A stretch of DNA of 63,821 nt, filler included, from Chiloscyllium plagiosum (GCF_004010195.1; 4 parts of one record of this genome joined end to end with filler, not necessarily neighbours in it), one strand, 5' to 3'. Shown: positions 49,640 through 62,651, numbered from the whole stretch's first letter. Notes: generated from the sequence alone by a model not told the origin. Numbers and translations are program-made.

Positions 49640-52395
49640 TAGAGTCAGATGTTCAGCAGAGAAACAGACCCTTCAGTCCAACTTGTACATGCCAACCAGA
49701 TATCTCAACCCAATCTAGTCCCACCTGCCAGCACCCAACCCATATCCCTCCAAACACTTCCTATTTATACACCCATTCAAATGCCTTTAAAATGTTGCAA
49801 TTGTACCAGCCTCCACCACTTCCTCTGGCAGCTCATTCCATATGCATACCACCCTCTACATGAAAAGGTTGTCCCTTCGGTCTCTTTTATATCTTTCCCC
49901 TCTCAATCTAAACTATGCCCTCTAATTTTGGACTCCCCAACCCTAGGGAAAAGACTGTCTATTTATCCTATCCATGCCTCTCATGAATTTATAAACCTCT
50001 ATAAAGGTCACCCCCTCAGCCTCCTACGCTTGAGGGAAAACAGCCCCAGCCTGTTCAGCCTCCCCCGTAGCTCAAATCCTCCAACCCTGGCAACCATCCT
50101 TTTAAATCTTTTCTGAACCCTTTCAATTTTCACAACATCTTTCCGATAGGAAGGAGACCAGAATTGCATGCAATATTCCAACAGGGGCCTAACCAATGCC
50201 CTGTACAGCCGCAACATGACGTCCCAACTCCTGTACTCAATACTCTGACCAATAAAGGAAAGCATACCAAACGCCTTCTTCACTATCCTATCTACCTGTG
50301 ACTCCCCTTTCAATGAGCTATGAACCAGCACATCAAGGTCTCTTTGTTCAGCAATACTCCTGAGGACATTACTATTAAGTGTATAAGTCCTGCTAAGATT
50401 TGCTTTCCCAAAATGCAGCACCTTGCATTTATCTAAATTAAACTCCATCTGACACTTCTCAGCCCATTGGCCCATCTGATCAAGATCCTGTTGTAATCGG
50501 AGGTAACCTTCTTCACAGTCCATGACACCTCTAATTTTGGGGTCATCTGCACAGTTACTAACTATCACTGTTATGCTCACATCCAAATCATTTATATAAA
50601 TGACAAAAAGTCGTGGATGTAGCATTGATCCTTGTGGCACTCCACTGGTCACAGGCCTCCAGTCTGAAAAACAACTCTCCACAACCACCACCCTCTGTCT
50701 TCTACCTTTGAGCCAATTCTGTATCCAATTGGCTAGTTCTCCCTGTATTCCATGAGATCTAACCTTGCTAATCAGTCTCCCATGGGGAACCTTGTCAAAC
50801 GCCTTACTGAAGTCCATATAGATCACATCTATCATTCTGCCCTCAAACACCTTTGTTATTTCTTCAAAAAAAAAATTCAATCAAATTTGTGAGAGATGAT
50901 TTCCCACGCACAAGGCCATGTTGACTATCCCTAATCAGTCCTTGCCTTTCCAAATACATGTACATCTTGTTCCTCAGGATTCCCTCCAACAACTTGCCCA
51001 CCACCGACGTCAGGCTCACCGGTCTATAGTTCCCTGGCTTGTCCTAACCACCCTTCTTAAACAGTGGCACTACGTTAGCCAACCTCCAGTCTTCTGGCAC
51101 CTCACCTGTGACTATCGATGATACAAATATCTCAGTAAGAGGCCCATCAATCACTTCCCTAGCTTACCACAGAGTTTTAGGGTGCACCTAGTCAGGTCCT
51201 GGAGATTACTGCACCTTTATGCGTTTCAAGGCATCCAGCACTTCCTTCTCTGTAATATGGACATTTTAAGATGTCACCATCTATTTCCCATCTATATCTA
51301 TATAGATATTCTATATAGATATTCTATATCTTCCATGTCCTTTTCCACAGTAAATACTGATACAAAATTCTCATTTAATATCTCTCCCATCTCCTGCAGC
51401 TCCACACAAAGGCTGCCTTGCTATCTTTGAGGGGCCCTATTCTCTTCCTAGATACCCTTTTGTCCTTAATGTATTTGTAAAAACCCTTTGGATTCTCCTT
51501 AATTCTATTTGCCAAAGCTATCTCTAAAGCTATGTCCAAAGCTATGCCAAAGCTATGTCCCCTTTTCACCCTCCTGATTTCTCTCAAGTTTACTCCCACT
51601 GCCTTTATACTCTAAGGATTGACTCAATCTATCCTGTCTGTACATGACATATGCTTTCTTCTTTTTCTTAACCAAACCTTCAATTTCTTTAGTCATCCAG
51701 CATTCCCTATACCTATCAGCCTTTTCTTTTACCCGAACAGGAATATACTTTCTCTGGATTCTCGTTATCTCATTTCTGAAGGCTTCCCATTTTCCAGCCA
51801 TCCCTTTACTTGTGAACATCTGCCTTCAATCAGCTTTTGAAAGTTCTTGCCTAATACCGTGAAAATTGGCCTTTCTCCAATTTAGAACTTCAACTTTTAG
51901 ATCTGATCTGTCCTTTTCCATCACTATTTTAAATCTAATAGAATTATGGTCGCTGGCCCCAAAGTTCTCCCCCACTGACACCTCAGTCACCTGCCCTGCC
52001 TTATTTCCCAAGAGTGGGTCAAATTTTGCACCTTCTTTAATAGGTACACCCACATACTGAATCAGAAAGTTTTCTTGTACACAATTAAATTTCTCTCCAT
52101 CTAAATCCTTAACACCATGGCAGTCCCAGTCTATGTTTGGAAAGTTAAAGTCCCCTACCATAACCTCCCTATTATTCTTACAGATAACCAAGATTTCCTT
52201 ACAAATTTGTTTCTCAATTTCCCTCTATTAGGGGGTCTATAATACAATCCCAAAAGTGTGATCATCCCTTTCTTATTTTTCAGTTCCACCCAAATAGCTT
52301 CCCTGGATGTATTTCTGGGAATATCCTCCCTAAGTACAGCTGTAATGCTATCGCTTATCAAAAATGCCACACCCCCTCCTCTCTTGCCTTCCTTT
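49640..52395 (-). mobile_element. CR1 ORF2, nearly complete (endonuclease to 3' tail), decayed
   Basis: GGVAFLI, LLGLYYRPPN, VGDFNFPNIDW, SDHNSIRF, MDFSKAFDKVPHG, SGVPQGS, ADDPKI, LVRPLLEYC. Confidence 0.95.
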
Positions 52396-52408
52396 GAAAT
52401 CTAAGATG

Positions 52409-52737
52409 TGAGCAAGTTTTTAGAAGATTTGTAGATCCAGAACTTCAACCTAAGCTAAGTTTGCTCACTGAGCTGGAAGGTTCAGTTTCAGACATTTCAT
52501 CACCATACTAGGTAACATCAGTGAGCCTCTGGTGAAGCACTCGTGTTACGACCCACTTTCCAATTCAGAAAAACAAGAACAGGAAATGACATCACCAACC
52601 CAAGGAAACCTCAACACAAATAGAAAGCAGGTCAGAACAACAGTACTTCACTGGAGGCTCACTGATTATGCTACCTAGTATGGTGACTAAACATCTGAAA
52701 ACAAATCTTGCAGCTCAGCTTGCATACTTACATCCAG
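52409..52737. mobile_element. Small element made of two inverted Penelope-type pLTRs with degenerate hammerhead cores
   Basis: ~52459-52560 is the reverse complement of ~52623-52730; possible TSD ATCT(A/G)AGATG at 52399-52408 and 52738-52747. Confidence 0.65.
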
Positions 52738-53304
52738 ATCTGAGATGCTGTTCACTCTTCCTTTCTTCAGTCTCAGTGTTTTTCTCCTGGGCAGTTATAA
52801 AATTAATATGAATGAATTATGATTTCATCGTATTCTGCCAAGATCTTTTTCATGACATAATCTTGGTTGCTATGCTTTTTTAATGAACATTCCACCTTTC
52901 AGGCTAGCCTGCCTTCAGGCTGTCACTCTGCCGAGACTCATGCTTCATAGCTTTGTTAACATATCCAACGTGATGTCTTTTCATTCTTCTTTATGTCATT
53001 TCACTAATGAAATTCCCAGTGATGTTTGAGAGCAGTAGGCAAAAGTTATGTTATCAATCTCTCCTCAACAATAACTCTAGTGATAATTGCTCATTTGCAA
53101 GCTGTAGACCATTATCTAATATTACAGTGTACAGAATTCCATGCATTGAGAAGATTTTCTTGAAAGACCTTTCCCATTTTCTTCACATTTCACACTTGAT
53201 TCACCATCTCAAGACAGTTTTGGAGTTTTTCTAATTTCCTTAGTTATTGGAAGTCTGTAACAGTTTGGTTTTCAGTTTCTATTGTGACTTCATAGTTCTT
53301 TCAT

Positions 53305-53800
53305 AGACTTTGTGCTGCACAGTAAAAGGTCCTTCAGCCCATCATGTCTGTGCAGTCATTAAGCATCTCATCATCTCAATCTAATTTTCCAACACTTCAT
53401 CTGTAGCCCTGTATGCTATGATGTTTCAAATGCTCACTTAAATATTACTTGAATGTAATTATAGTTCCTGTCTCTACTATCTTTTTAGGCAATCATTTTC
53501 AGATACTACCAATCCCACCCTCTCAGCGAAACAAGCACTTTCTCCAATTCCCTCAATGTCATACACCCTTTCCTTAAAATGGTGCCTCCTAGTTATTGCT
53601 CCCACTTCTAAGGGGAAATGTTTCTATGCCCCTACAAAACAAACAGTGAGAGACTTAACACAGAACTTTGTGATATGCCATTGGACACAGACTCCCACAC
53701 ACAAACATTCTTTGATTATCACCCTCTGTCTCCTGCCCATCGGCCTATTTTGGATCCAATTCATTACATTGCCCTGGGCTTCACTGCTGTGACTCTAACT
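53305..53800 (-). mobile_element. Old CR1-type 3' fragment
   Basis: GGTCCTTCAGCCCATCATGTCTG 3' UTR motif; CACCCTCTGTCTCCTGCCCA...TGGATCCAATT RT remnant. Confidence 0.65.
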
Positions 53801-54409
53801 GACATCAAACCTCCAAAATACTGTGCATAAACTGATGGCATTTCCTGCCATTGTGGTCACCCAGGAGCATCCAAGCTTTCCACCATCCTACAGACCATGC
53901 AACACACAGGGCTAAACTTCACTGACATACACACTCTCAATCTTAAATTTAGTTCCTTATATTAATTGTATTCACCTTATCTTATCATATCTTGAAGTAG
54001 TATATTGACCCTGACTTCAACTTTACTCTGGTATTTCTGCGTTAGTCCCTACTTTGGAAAAAAAACAAGGAAACAGTTTTAATTTAGAGCAATTTATAGA
54101 CAGTCCCGAACAGCAGTTTCTTTACCAGCCAATGAACACGCACATTTACTGTGATGTAATTTCTTCTCAGTTTTAGTGCATGCTAGTTCCCAGCAGCTGT
54201 ATCCTGTTCCTCTGCTCAGTTGTTGTTGTAAGTCAATTTTTCGCAATTCGACATTTCTCCAAAAACATACTTTTTTAAAAAATATCACAATCAACGCATT
54301 CATTTCCTTTGATTGTCACTGTCTGATTTTCAATTTTATCAGTAGTTCTCCAAAAGTTGCAGCAGTTATACCAGACTTCTATTGTCTCCTGAGTGCCATA
54401 TGCTACCTC

Positions 54410-55615
54410 CTCACTTACTGCTGTACACTGGGTCTCACTCTGTCCCCTGCTGTCTCCTCTCACTGCTGTACACTGGATCTCACTCTATACCCTGCTGTCT
54501 CCTCTCACTGCTGTATACTGGATCTCACTCTATACCCTGCTGTCTCCGCTCACTGCTGCACACTGGGTCTCACTCTATCCCCTGCTGTCTCCTCTCACTG
54601 CTCTACACTGGGTCTCCCTCTGTCCTCTGCTGTCTCCTCTCACTGCTGTACACTGGGTCTCACTCTATCCCCTGCTGTCTCCTCTCACTGCTGTTCACTG
54701 GGTCTCACGCTGTCCTCTGCTGTCTCCTTTCACTGCTGTTCACTGGGTCTCACTATATCCGCTGCTGTCTCCTCTCACAGCTGTACACTGGGTCTCACTC
54801 TATCCCCTGCTGTCTCCTCTCACTGCTGTATACTGGGTCTCACTCTGTCCTCTGCTGTCTCCTCTCACTGCTGTATACTGGGTCTCTCTCTGTCCTCTGC
54901 TGTCTCCTCTCACTGCTGTACACTGGGTCTCCCTCTGTCCTCTGCTGTCTCCTCTCACTGTTCTACACTGGGTCTCACTCTGTCCTCTGCTGTCTCCTTC
55001 ACTGCTGTACACTGGGTCTCCCTCTGTCCTCTGCTGTCTCCTCTCACTGCTGTTCACTGGGTCTCACTATATCCGCTGCTGACTCCTCTCACAGCTGTAC
55101 ACTGGGTCTCACTCTATCCCCTGCTGTCTCCTCTCACTGCTGTATACTGGGTCTCCCTCTGTTTCCTGCTGTCTCCTCTCACTGCTGTTCACTGGGTCTC
55201 CCTCTGTCCTCTGCTGTCTCCTCTCACTGCTCTACACTGGGTCTCACTCTATCCCCTGCTGTCCCCTCTCACTGCTGTACACTGGGTCTCACTCTGTCTT
55301 CTGCTGTCTCCTCTCACTGCTGTTCACTGGGTCTCACTCTATCCCCTGCTGTCTCCTCTCACAGTCACTGGGTCTCACTCTATCCCCTGCTGTCTCCTCT
55401 CACAGCTGTACACTGGGTCTCACTCTATCCCCTGCTCTCTCCTCTCACTGATGTACACTGGGTCTCACTCTATCCCCTGCTGTCTCCTCTCACTGCTGTA
55501 CACTGGGTCTCACTCTGTCCTCTGCTGTCTCCTCTCACTGCTCTACACTGGGTCTCAATCTGTCCTCTGCTGTCTCCAATCACTGCTGTGCACTCGGTTC
55601 AGTGTATCCTCTGCT
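54410..55615. repeat. 45-bp minisatellite, about 26 copies
   Basis: Unit CTCACTGCTGTACACTGGGTCTCACTCT(G/A)TCC(C/T)CTGCTGTCTCCT; a few shortened units (~54995, ~55360). Confidence 0.97.
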
Positions 55616-57474
55616 GCCTTCATTCTCACTGGTGTAAATGAAGTTGAGGTGCTGGGTCTCTGATTCCAAGTCCCAGTTTAGCCTCTCATTTGGTTGGGTT
55701 ATGTGCCCTCGAAATATTATTCACATTTTTTGCAAACTTGTGCTTCCTGTTGAATGTTAGACCTTCCTTCTGAATCACTTTCATGACCCTTGGTCGTTGG
55801 TAATGCTTTTCTTCAGCTTGATGAGCTTTTTAAATGCTTCTTGTGTGCGACATGTACAAAATTGCCTTTCCAAATTTACTTTTTCTTTCCATGTTGTTTA
55901 ATTTTCCTCCTTTATTGAACACCCTGTTCTGCCACTGAAGATGAGCATGGTTTGAAATTTGTCTGGCTTTCTTTAGTGCCAAATCCTGTCTAGCCTGTAT
56001 ATGTCTAACATAGAAATCTTCCACCATGATTCAGTCACAAGTTGATTCAAGGCAGAATCCCTAATATAAGGAATTCTCTGCTGGCTGGTAAAGACAATCC
56101 ACAGATCTCTGCTTTCTTTTATTAAATTTTGCATGCTTTATTATCTACATACTGAAATACATATCAAACACCCTTAACATTTTTTCAGCTGACACTGCAT
56201 TTTCATTAATGCTCTATCTTACATCTAATTAGTTTGCAATGGTTGCCATCTGATACAGAAATGCTCTGGTCTAGTCCTTTTTGTCTTAAGCCTGAATCTG
56301 TTCTATATCTCTGTAAATGTTTTACAAATCTCCCATTCCTGAATTTGTTGCAGTCCATCAATCAAATGGGATGGATCAGAGTGGTGGATGAACCTCCATT
56401 CCTTGGCTAAGCTCTAGAGTTGCACCTTCACCTGTGACGGTATTTATCCCACTGTACGCTGCTTTGTGCTGGTGCTCACCACTGTCTGATCTCCAGGGTT
56501 TTTTTCTCATCTCTTGTACTTACAAAATCCCTTCATGTACTGGTGAAACTTGGAATATTTTCTCTCTTTTTCTTCTTGAGATTGAGGTTCACTTCAGGAG
56601 GTGCATTCAACACCTGCTTTTTTCCATTAATGCTGCTTTTTCTACTGCCAACATATTTTGTCATATGTATAGGTTCTGAAACTGTAGTTTCCCAAAGTAG
56701 TGCTTCTTGAGTCCATGTTACATTATTCAAGAACTATTTTTGATCTTGGTAAATACACACATTATCTCCAATCATGTTTGAGCTTCTGTTTACTTCCAGT
56801 TATCTCAGCATAATCATGTGACAATGACATCGTTGAGATCATTAGACAAAAGCATAGTGTACATTCTTCTGTTGTTAATCCCAAGACTCTCCAAGCCCAA
56901 GCCTGACATTGTTCTAGCCTTGAGGGTAACGAGTGTTTCAGCTTGGACCTGGTCCTGCACTTATCTGTGAACTTTACAACTTTGGACCTTATGGAGAGAG
57001 GCTCATTGATGAAATAGTTAAAGATGGTTGGCCTTAGGCATTGCCCCCATTTCCTGTTATGATGTCCTTGGCTTGAATTGATTGCCTTCAACAACTGGAA
57101 CCATCTTCCTTTGAACACAAGGATGAGCATTTTAAATTTTGAGGCACTGGAGAGCTTGGGGCTCATTGGATCAACAAGCACAGGGGTGATGTGTCAGTGG
57201 AATTAGATATGATGATGCAAAACTGAAGATTGAAGCTGGCCAGGATAGCGTTGGAGTATGATGTGACTGACAGAAAATGGTACAGAACACAAGGTTGTGA
57301 ACAGTGGTCAGAAATACAGTTGTGATGAGTTACATCATTACTCATTCTTAACTAATTAATCTACAAGGTTTTGGAATTATTTCACTTTGGCATTTCTGCA
57401 TCTTTGAGGTTACAGTTCACCAAAATGCATGCAAAGTATTACAGGGTTATTTGTTGTTCAAGGCCTCAGTGCTA

Positions 57475-59068
57475 CAGTGGGCGCACAGAGAGGGGAGCCA
57501 GAAGGTAAGTGGAGACCAGTTTAAATTAACGTTTTTCTTTTCGCAGTCTGTGGGTTTTTTTCAACTAGGAGCAGGAACCCGGAAGTCGTCAACAGAGGCT
57601 TCTGGGAAGGTAAGAAGTTTGAGTGGAGAAGGAACCTGAGACACTACACGTGTAGTCTCTCCCACCCTCCCTCCTCCTCAAACCTAAAAAAAAAGGACTC
57701 AGTTGGCTGAACAGGTAAGCTACTTAGTGTTCTTGTTTTGGAAACTAAGTGTAGAGTTATGGCAGCTCAGGAGTTGGATGAACTGAGGATTATTCGAGAG
57801 GCTGAGAGTGTGATAGATAGAAGCTACAGGGACATAGTTACGGCAGAGAACAGAGGTAGATGGGTAACATTTAGAGGTGGGAAGGGGAGGAAGCAGGCTA
57901 TGCAGGGTTTCCCCTGTGGTCGTTCCCCTCAACAATAAGTATACCGCTTTGGATACTGTTGGGGGGATGGCCTAGCAGGGGTAAGCTGCAGTGACCGGGT
58001 CTCTGGCACGAGTTCTGGCTCTGAGGCCCAGAAGAGAAAGGGGGAGAGGAGGAGAGCGCTCGTTATAGGAGACTCTATAGTTAGAGGGACAGACAGGCGG
58101 TTCTGTGGACATGGGCGAGACTCTCGGGTGATTTGTTGCCTCCCGGGTGCCAGGGTCCAAGACGTCTTGGACCGTGTCTTCAGAATCCTTAAGGGGGAGG
58201 GTGTGCAGCCAGAAGTCGTGGTGCACATTGGCACCAACGACATAGGTAGGAAGAGGGGTGGGGAGTTCATTCAGGAGCTCAGGGAGTTAGGCTGGAAGCT
58301 AAAAGCTAGGACAGACAGAATCATCATCTCTGGGTTGTTGCCGGTGCCACGTGACAGTGAGGCAAAGAATAGAGAGAGAGTGCAGTTGAACACGTGGCTG
58401 CAAGGATGGTGTAGGAGGGAGGGCTTCAGATATTTGGACAATTGGACTGCATTCTGGGGAAGGTGGGACCTGTACAAACAGGACGGGTGGCACCTGAACC
58501 AGAAGGGCACCAATATCCTGGAGGGTAGGTTTGCTAGCACTCTTCGGGGGGGTTTAAACTAATTTGGCAGGGGGATGGGATCCGGACTTGTAGTCCAGCA
58601 AGTAAGCTAGCTGTGTGTCAGGATGCAAAAGACTGTAGGGAGGCTGTGGAGAAGGTAGCACTGACAGGGAATACTTGCAGACACAGAGACGGGCTCAAGT
58701 GTGTATACTTCAACGCAAGGAGTATCAGAAACAAGGTGGGTGAACTTAAGGCGTGGATCGGTACCTGGGACTACGATGCTGTGGCCATCACGGAAACGTG
58801 GATAGATGAGGGACAGGAATGGCTGTTGGAGGTTCCTGGTTACAGGTGTTTCAGTAAAATTAGGGAGGGTGGGAAAAAAGGAGGAGGGGTGGCATTGCTA
58901 ATTAGAAATGCAGAAAGGAAGTTTGAGGGGGATCCGCCTCTGGAGGTAGTATGGGCTGAAGTCAGAAATAGGAAAGGTGCAGTCACCTTGTTGGGTGTTT
59001 ACTATAGGCCCCCAAATAGCAGCAGAGATGTGGAGAAACAGATGGGGAAACAGATTGTGGAAAGGTGC
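57475..59068 (+). mobile_element. CR1 LINE 5' part: 5' UTR, ORF1 (SGNH esterase) and ORF2 endonuclease start; continues into a gap
   Basis: LVIGDSIVRG, CCLPGARVQDV, VVVHIGTNDIG, DGWHLNQKG (esterase blocks); YFNARSIRNK, AITETW, GGGVALLI, GVYYRPP (APE). Confidence 0.95.
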
Positions 59069-59168
59069 NNNNNNNNNNNNNNNNNNNNNNNNNNNNNNNN
59101 NNNNNNNNNNNNTTAATTAATTAANNNNNNNNNNNNNNNNNNNNNNNNNNNNNNNNNNNNNNNNNNNN

Positions 59169-59990
59169 CACTCCCCCTCCTCTTTTGCCTCCCTTTCTAT
59201 CCTTCCTGTAGCATTTGTGTCCTGCAACATTAAGCTGCCAGTCCTGCCCATCCCTGAACCATGTTTCTGTAATTGCTATGATATCCCAGTCCCATGTTCC
59301 TAACCAGGCCCTGAGTTCATCTGCCTTCCCTGTTAGGCCCCTTGCATTGAAATAAATGCACTTTAATTTATTAGTCCACCTTGTCCCTGCCTACCTTGAC
59401 TGTTTGACTCACGTCTGTTCTCAGCTGTACCCATCTCAGATCGATCTCTTTCCTCACTATCTCCCTGGGTCCCACCCCCAACCTTACTAGTTTAAATCCT
59501 TCAAGCAGTTCTAGCAAATTTCCCTGCCAGTATATTAGTCCCCTTCCAATTTAGGTGCAATCCATCCTTCTTGTACAGGTCACTTCTACCCCAAAAGAGA
59601 TTCCAATGATCCAAAAATGTGAATCCTTCTCCCATACATCAGCTCCTCAGCCATGCATTCATCTGCCCTATCCTCCTATTCCTGCCCTCACTAGCTCGTT
59701 GCATCGAGAGTACTACCCTTGAGGACCTTTTTAAATTTCTGCCTAACTCTTTGTAATCTCATTTCAGAATCTCAACCTTTTCCCTTCCAATGTCGTTGGT
59801 TCCAATGTGGACAATGACCTCCTGCTGGCCGCTCTCCCCCGTGAGAACATTCTGCACCCTCTCTGAGACATCCTTGATCCTGGCACCAGGGAAACAACAC
59901 ACCATTCTGCTTTTTCTCTGCTGGCCACAGAAACGTCTGTCTGTACCCCTGACTACAGAATTCCCTAACACAATTGATCTCTTGGAAGCT
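59169..59990 (-). mobile_element. CR1 ORF1 end / ORF2 start, same subfamily as 27590-28209
   Basis: MVCCFPGARIKDVSERVQNVL...VIVHIGTNDIG; collinear inverted similarity to 27590-28209. Confidence 0.93.
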
Positions 59991-59994
59991 GACT

Positions 59995-60600
59995 TTCATC
60001 AACTAGTTCCATTTCTGGGATTAGGCTATCAACTAATATTCACTACAAAACCCATGGACCTCAAAGCTAATATAGGTACCTACCCTCACATTCTGCTTTC
60101 TGTAAGGACAATTCCACTCTCCAAGTTTATCTGTCTCTTTCACACTTCTGTATCAAAACTTCCAATCTGCCTTCCTTTTGCTTCAATAAAGTTCTCTCAT
60201 TCGTAATCATGTTCAAATAATTTTACACAACTCTGCTCTTCCCCATCTGAGAACCTTGATAAAGTCACCATTGTTCTCACCTTCCATTCCAGCAGCCTCC
60301 TATTCAATAGACTATCCTCCACCATTTGTGCCACTTCCAGTTCAATGCTACCACCAAACACACCTTCCCTATGCCCTCCCCTCTGAGCATTTTAAAGGGT
60401 TTGCTTTCTTTGTGACTCCTTTGTTCACTCCTCAGTCACTCTCAATATTGTTCCCTATGTCATCTTGCCATGCAAGTGCAATGATGCAACCAGCACACAC
60501 TCTAACTATTTTTTTCCAGCTACATGAGCCTCAAGGTTCATGTGCAACAGTGTTTTCCCAAACCAGAAAACAACGCTGCAATCAGCATGCTGACCTAATT
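59995..60600 (+). mobile_element. Old Penelope RT-thumb remnant
   Basis: VPFLGL...TNIHYKT...TIPLSKFICL; decayed homolog of 11480-12100. Confidence 0.55.
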
Positions 60601-61020
60601 GCAGTGTGCACACAACTTAGAGGAAACATGGGATATGACGTTGAATATTTATAATCTAGATTAATTACTTGGATGACAGAACTGAATGCACTGTTGCCAA
60701 GTTTGCAAATGACACAAAAGTTGGTGGGAAGTCAAATAGTAATGATAGCACAAGGATTCTATGAAGAGATATAGACTAGTTAAGCAAGTGGACAAAACAT
60801 GGGAGATATTATGTGGGAAAACATGACATTATGCACTTTGGCAGGAAGAATAGAAGAGCTGAATATTATTTAAATTGGAAAAGACTTCAGAAATTTGGGT
60901 CACTGAAGGATTTTTTGGTTCTCATACTTCCAAAAGATCTTTGATGAGATGCCTCACGGGAGGATGCTGAGTAAGGGACTTCAGAAATTTGGGTCACTGA
61001 AGGATTTTTGGGTTCTCATA

Positions 61021-62197
61021 CTTCCAAAAGATCTTTGATGAGATGCCTCACGGGAGGATGCTGAGTAGGGTGAGGGCCCATGGTGTTCGAGGTGAGCTAC
61101 TGGCATGGATTGCGGATTGGCTGTCTGACAGAAGGCAGAGAGTTGGGACAAAAGGTTCTTTTTCGGAATGGCAGCTGGTGACAAATGGGGTCCCACAGAG
61201 TTCAGTGTTGGGGCTGCAGCTGTTCACTTTATATATTAATGATCTGGATGAAGGGACTGGGGGCATTCTGGTGAAGTTCACCAATGATACGAAGTTAGAC
61301 AGACAGGCAGGTAGTACTGAGGAGGGAGGGAGGCTGCAGAAAGATTTAGACAGTTTAGGAGAGTGGTCCAGGAAATGGCTGATGAAATTCAACATGAACA
61401 AGTGTGAGGCCTTGCACTTTGGAAAAACGAATACAGGCATGAACTATTTTCTAAATGGTGAGAAAATTCATAAAGCCAAAGTACAAAGGGATCTGGGAGT
61501 GCTAGTCCAGGATTCTCTAAAGGTTGATTTGCAGGTTGAGTCCGTGATTAAGAAAGTGAATGTAATGTTGTCATTTATCTCAAGAGGGTTGGAATATAAA
61601 TGCAACGATGTGCTTCTGAGACTTTACAAAGCTCTAGTTGGGCCCCATTTAGAATACAATGTCCAATGTTTGGCCCCACACCTCAAGAAGGACGTACTGG
61701 CACTGGAGTGTGTCCAGCCGAGATTCACATGGATGATTCCTGGAATGCTAGACCTAACATGTGATGATCGGCTGAGGATTCTGGAATTGTACTCATTAGA
61801 AGGTTGAGGGGAGATCGGATAGAAACTTACAAGATAATGCATGGCTTAGAAAAGGTGGAGGCTGGAAGGTTATTTCTGTTAGGTGGGGAGACTAGGGCCC
61901 GTGGGCAGCCTTAAAATTAGAGGGGGTCAATTTAGAATGGAAATGAGGAGACATTTCTTCAGTCAGAGAGTGGTGAGCCTGTGGAATTCATTGCCATGGA
62001 GCGCAGTGTAGGCCAGGACATTGGGTGTCTTCAAGGCAGAGATTGATAAATTCTCGATCTTGCAAGGAATTAAGGGCTATGGGGAGAGAGTGGCTAAGTG
62101 GAATTGAAAAGCCCATCAGCCATGATTAAATGGTGGAGTGGACTCAATAGGCCGAATGGCCTTGCTTTCATGTCTACGTCATATGGTCTTATGGTCT
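61021..62197 (+). mobile_element. Younger CR1 RT C-terminal half and 3' end
   Basis: MPHGRML...NGVPQSSVLG...KFTNDTKL...LYKALVGPHLEY; tail ATGGTCTTATGGTCT. Confidence 0.95.
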
Positions 62198-62426
62198 AAT
62201 CAAGAAACGTGGCAGTCAGCTTGAGCTGGTGATAGGGAAGGCATGTGGACTGTTTGGCCTTTATTTGAAAGGGAAAGGAGTATAAAAATGGGGAGGTCTT
62301 GCTAAAACCATAAAATGCACTTGTCAGCCTAAAGTTAAATTACTGTGAACATTTTTAGTTTATTTATCTGAGAAAAGCAATTGAGGTAATCCAGAGAAGG
62401 TTCACTGAATCAATCCCAGGTACGGT

Positions 62427-62651
62427 GTCTGTGAGGGTTTTCTCCCACGGTCCAAAGATATGCATGTTAGGTGGACTGGCCATTGTAAATTGTCCAGGGA
62501 TATGTAGTTTGGATGGATTAGCCATGGGAAATGCAATGTTATAGGTATAGAGTAGAGGGTGAGTCTGGGTGAGATGCTGTTTGGAGGGTCAGTGTGGACA
62601 CGATGGGTCGAATGGTCTGCTTCCACACTGTACAGATTCGATGATTCTATG
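62427..62651 (+). mobile_element. 5'-truncated HE1-type SINE
   Basis: CTCCCACGGTCCAAAGAT...GGAGGGTCAGTGTGGAC...TTCCACACTGTA and (GATTCTAT)-like tail; homologous to 16130-16200 and 17195-17250. Confidence 0.8.

Noticed and set aside
50008..50880. 290-aa RT ORF as an active or domesticated gene (also 61043-61807)
   Set aside because: Catalytic-region motifs are mutated (CADDPK, FTNDTK) and neighbouring segments are frameshifted; ordinary dead CR1 copies
54410..55615. CRISPR-like array
   Set aside because: Units are contiguous with no unique spacers, and the context is eukaryotic
54176..55663. 495-, 419- and 229-aa Cys/Leu/Ser-rich ORFs
   Set aside because: All arise from a stop-poor 45-bp minisatellite read in three frames; indels switch frame without pattern
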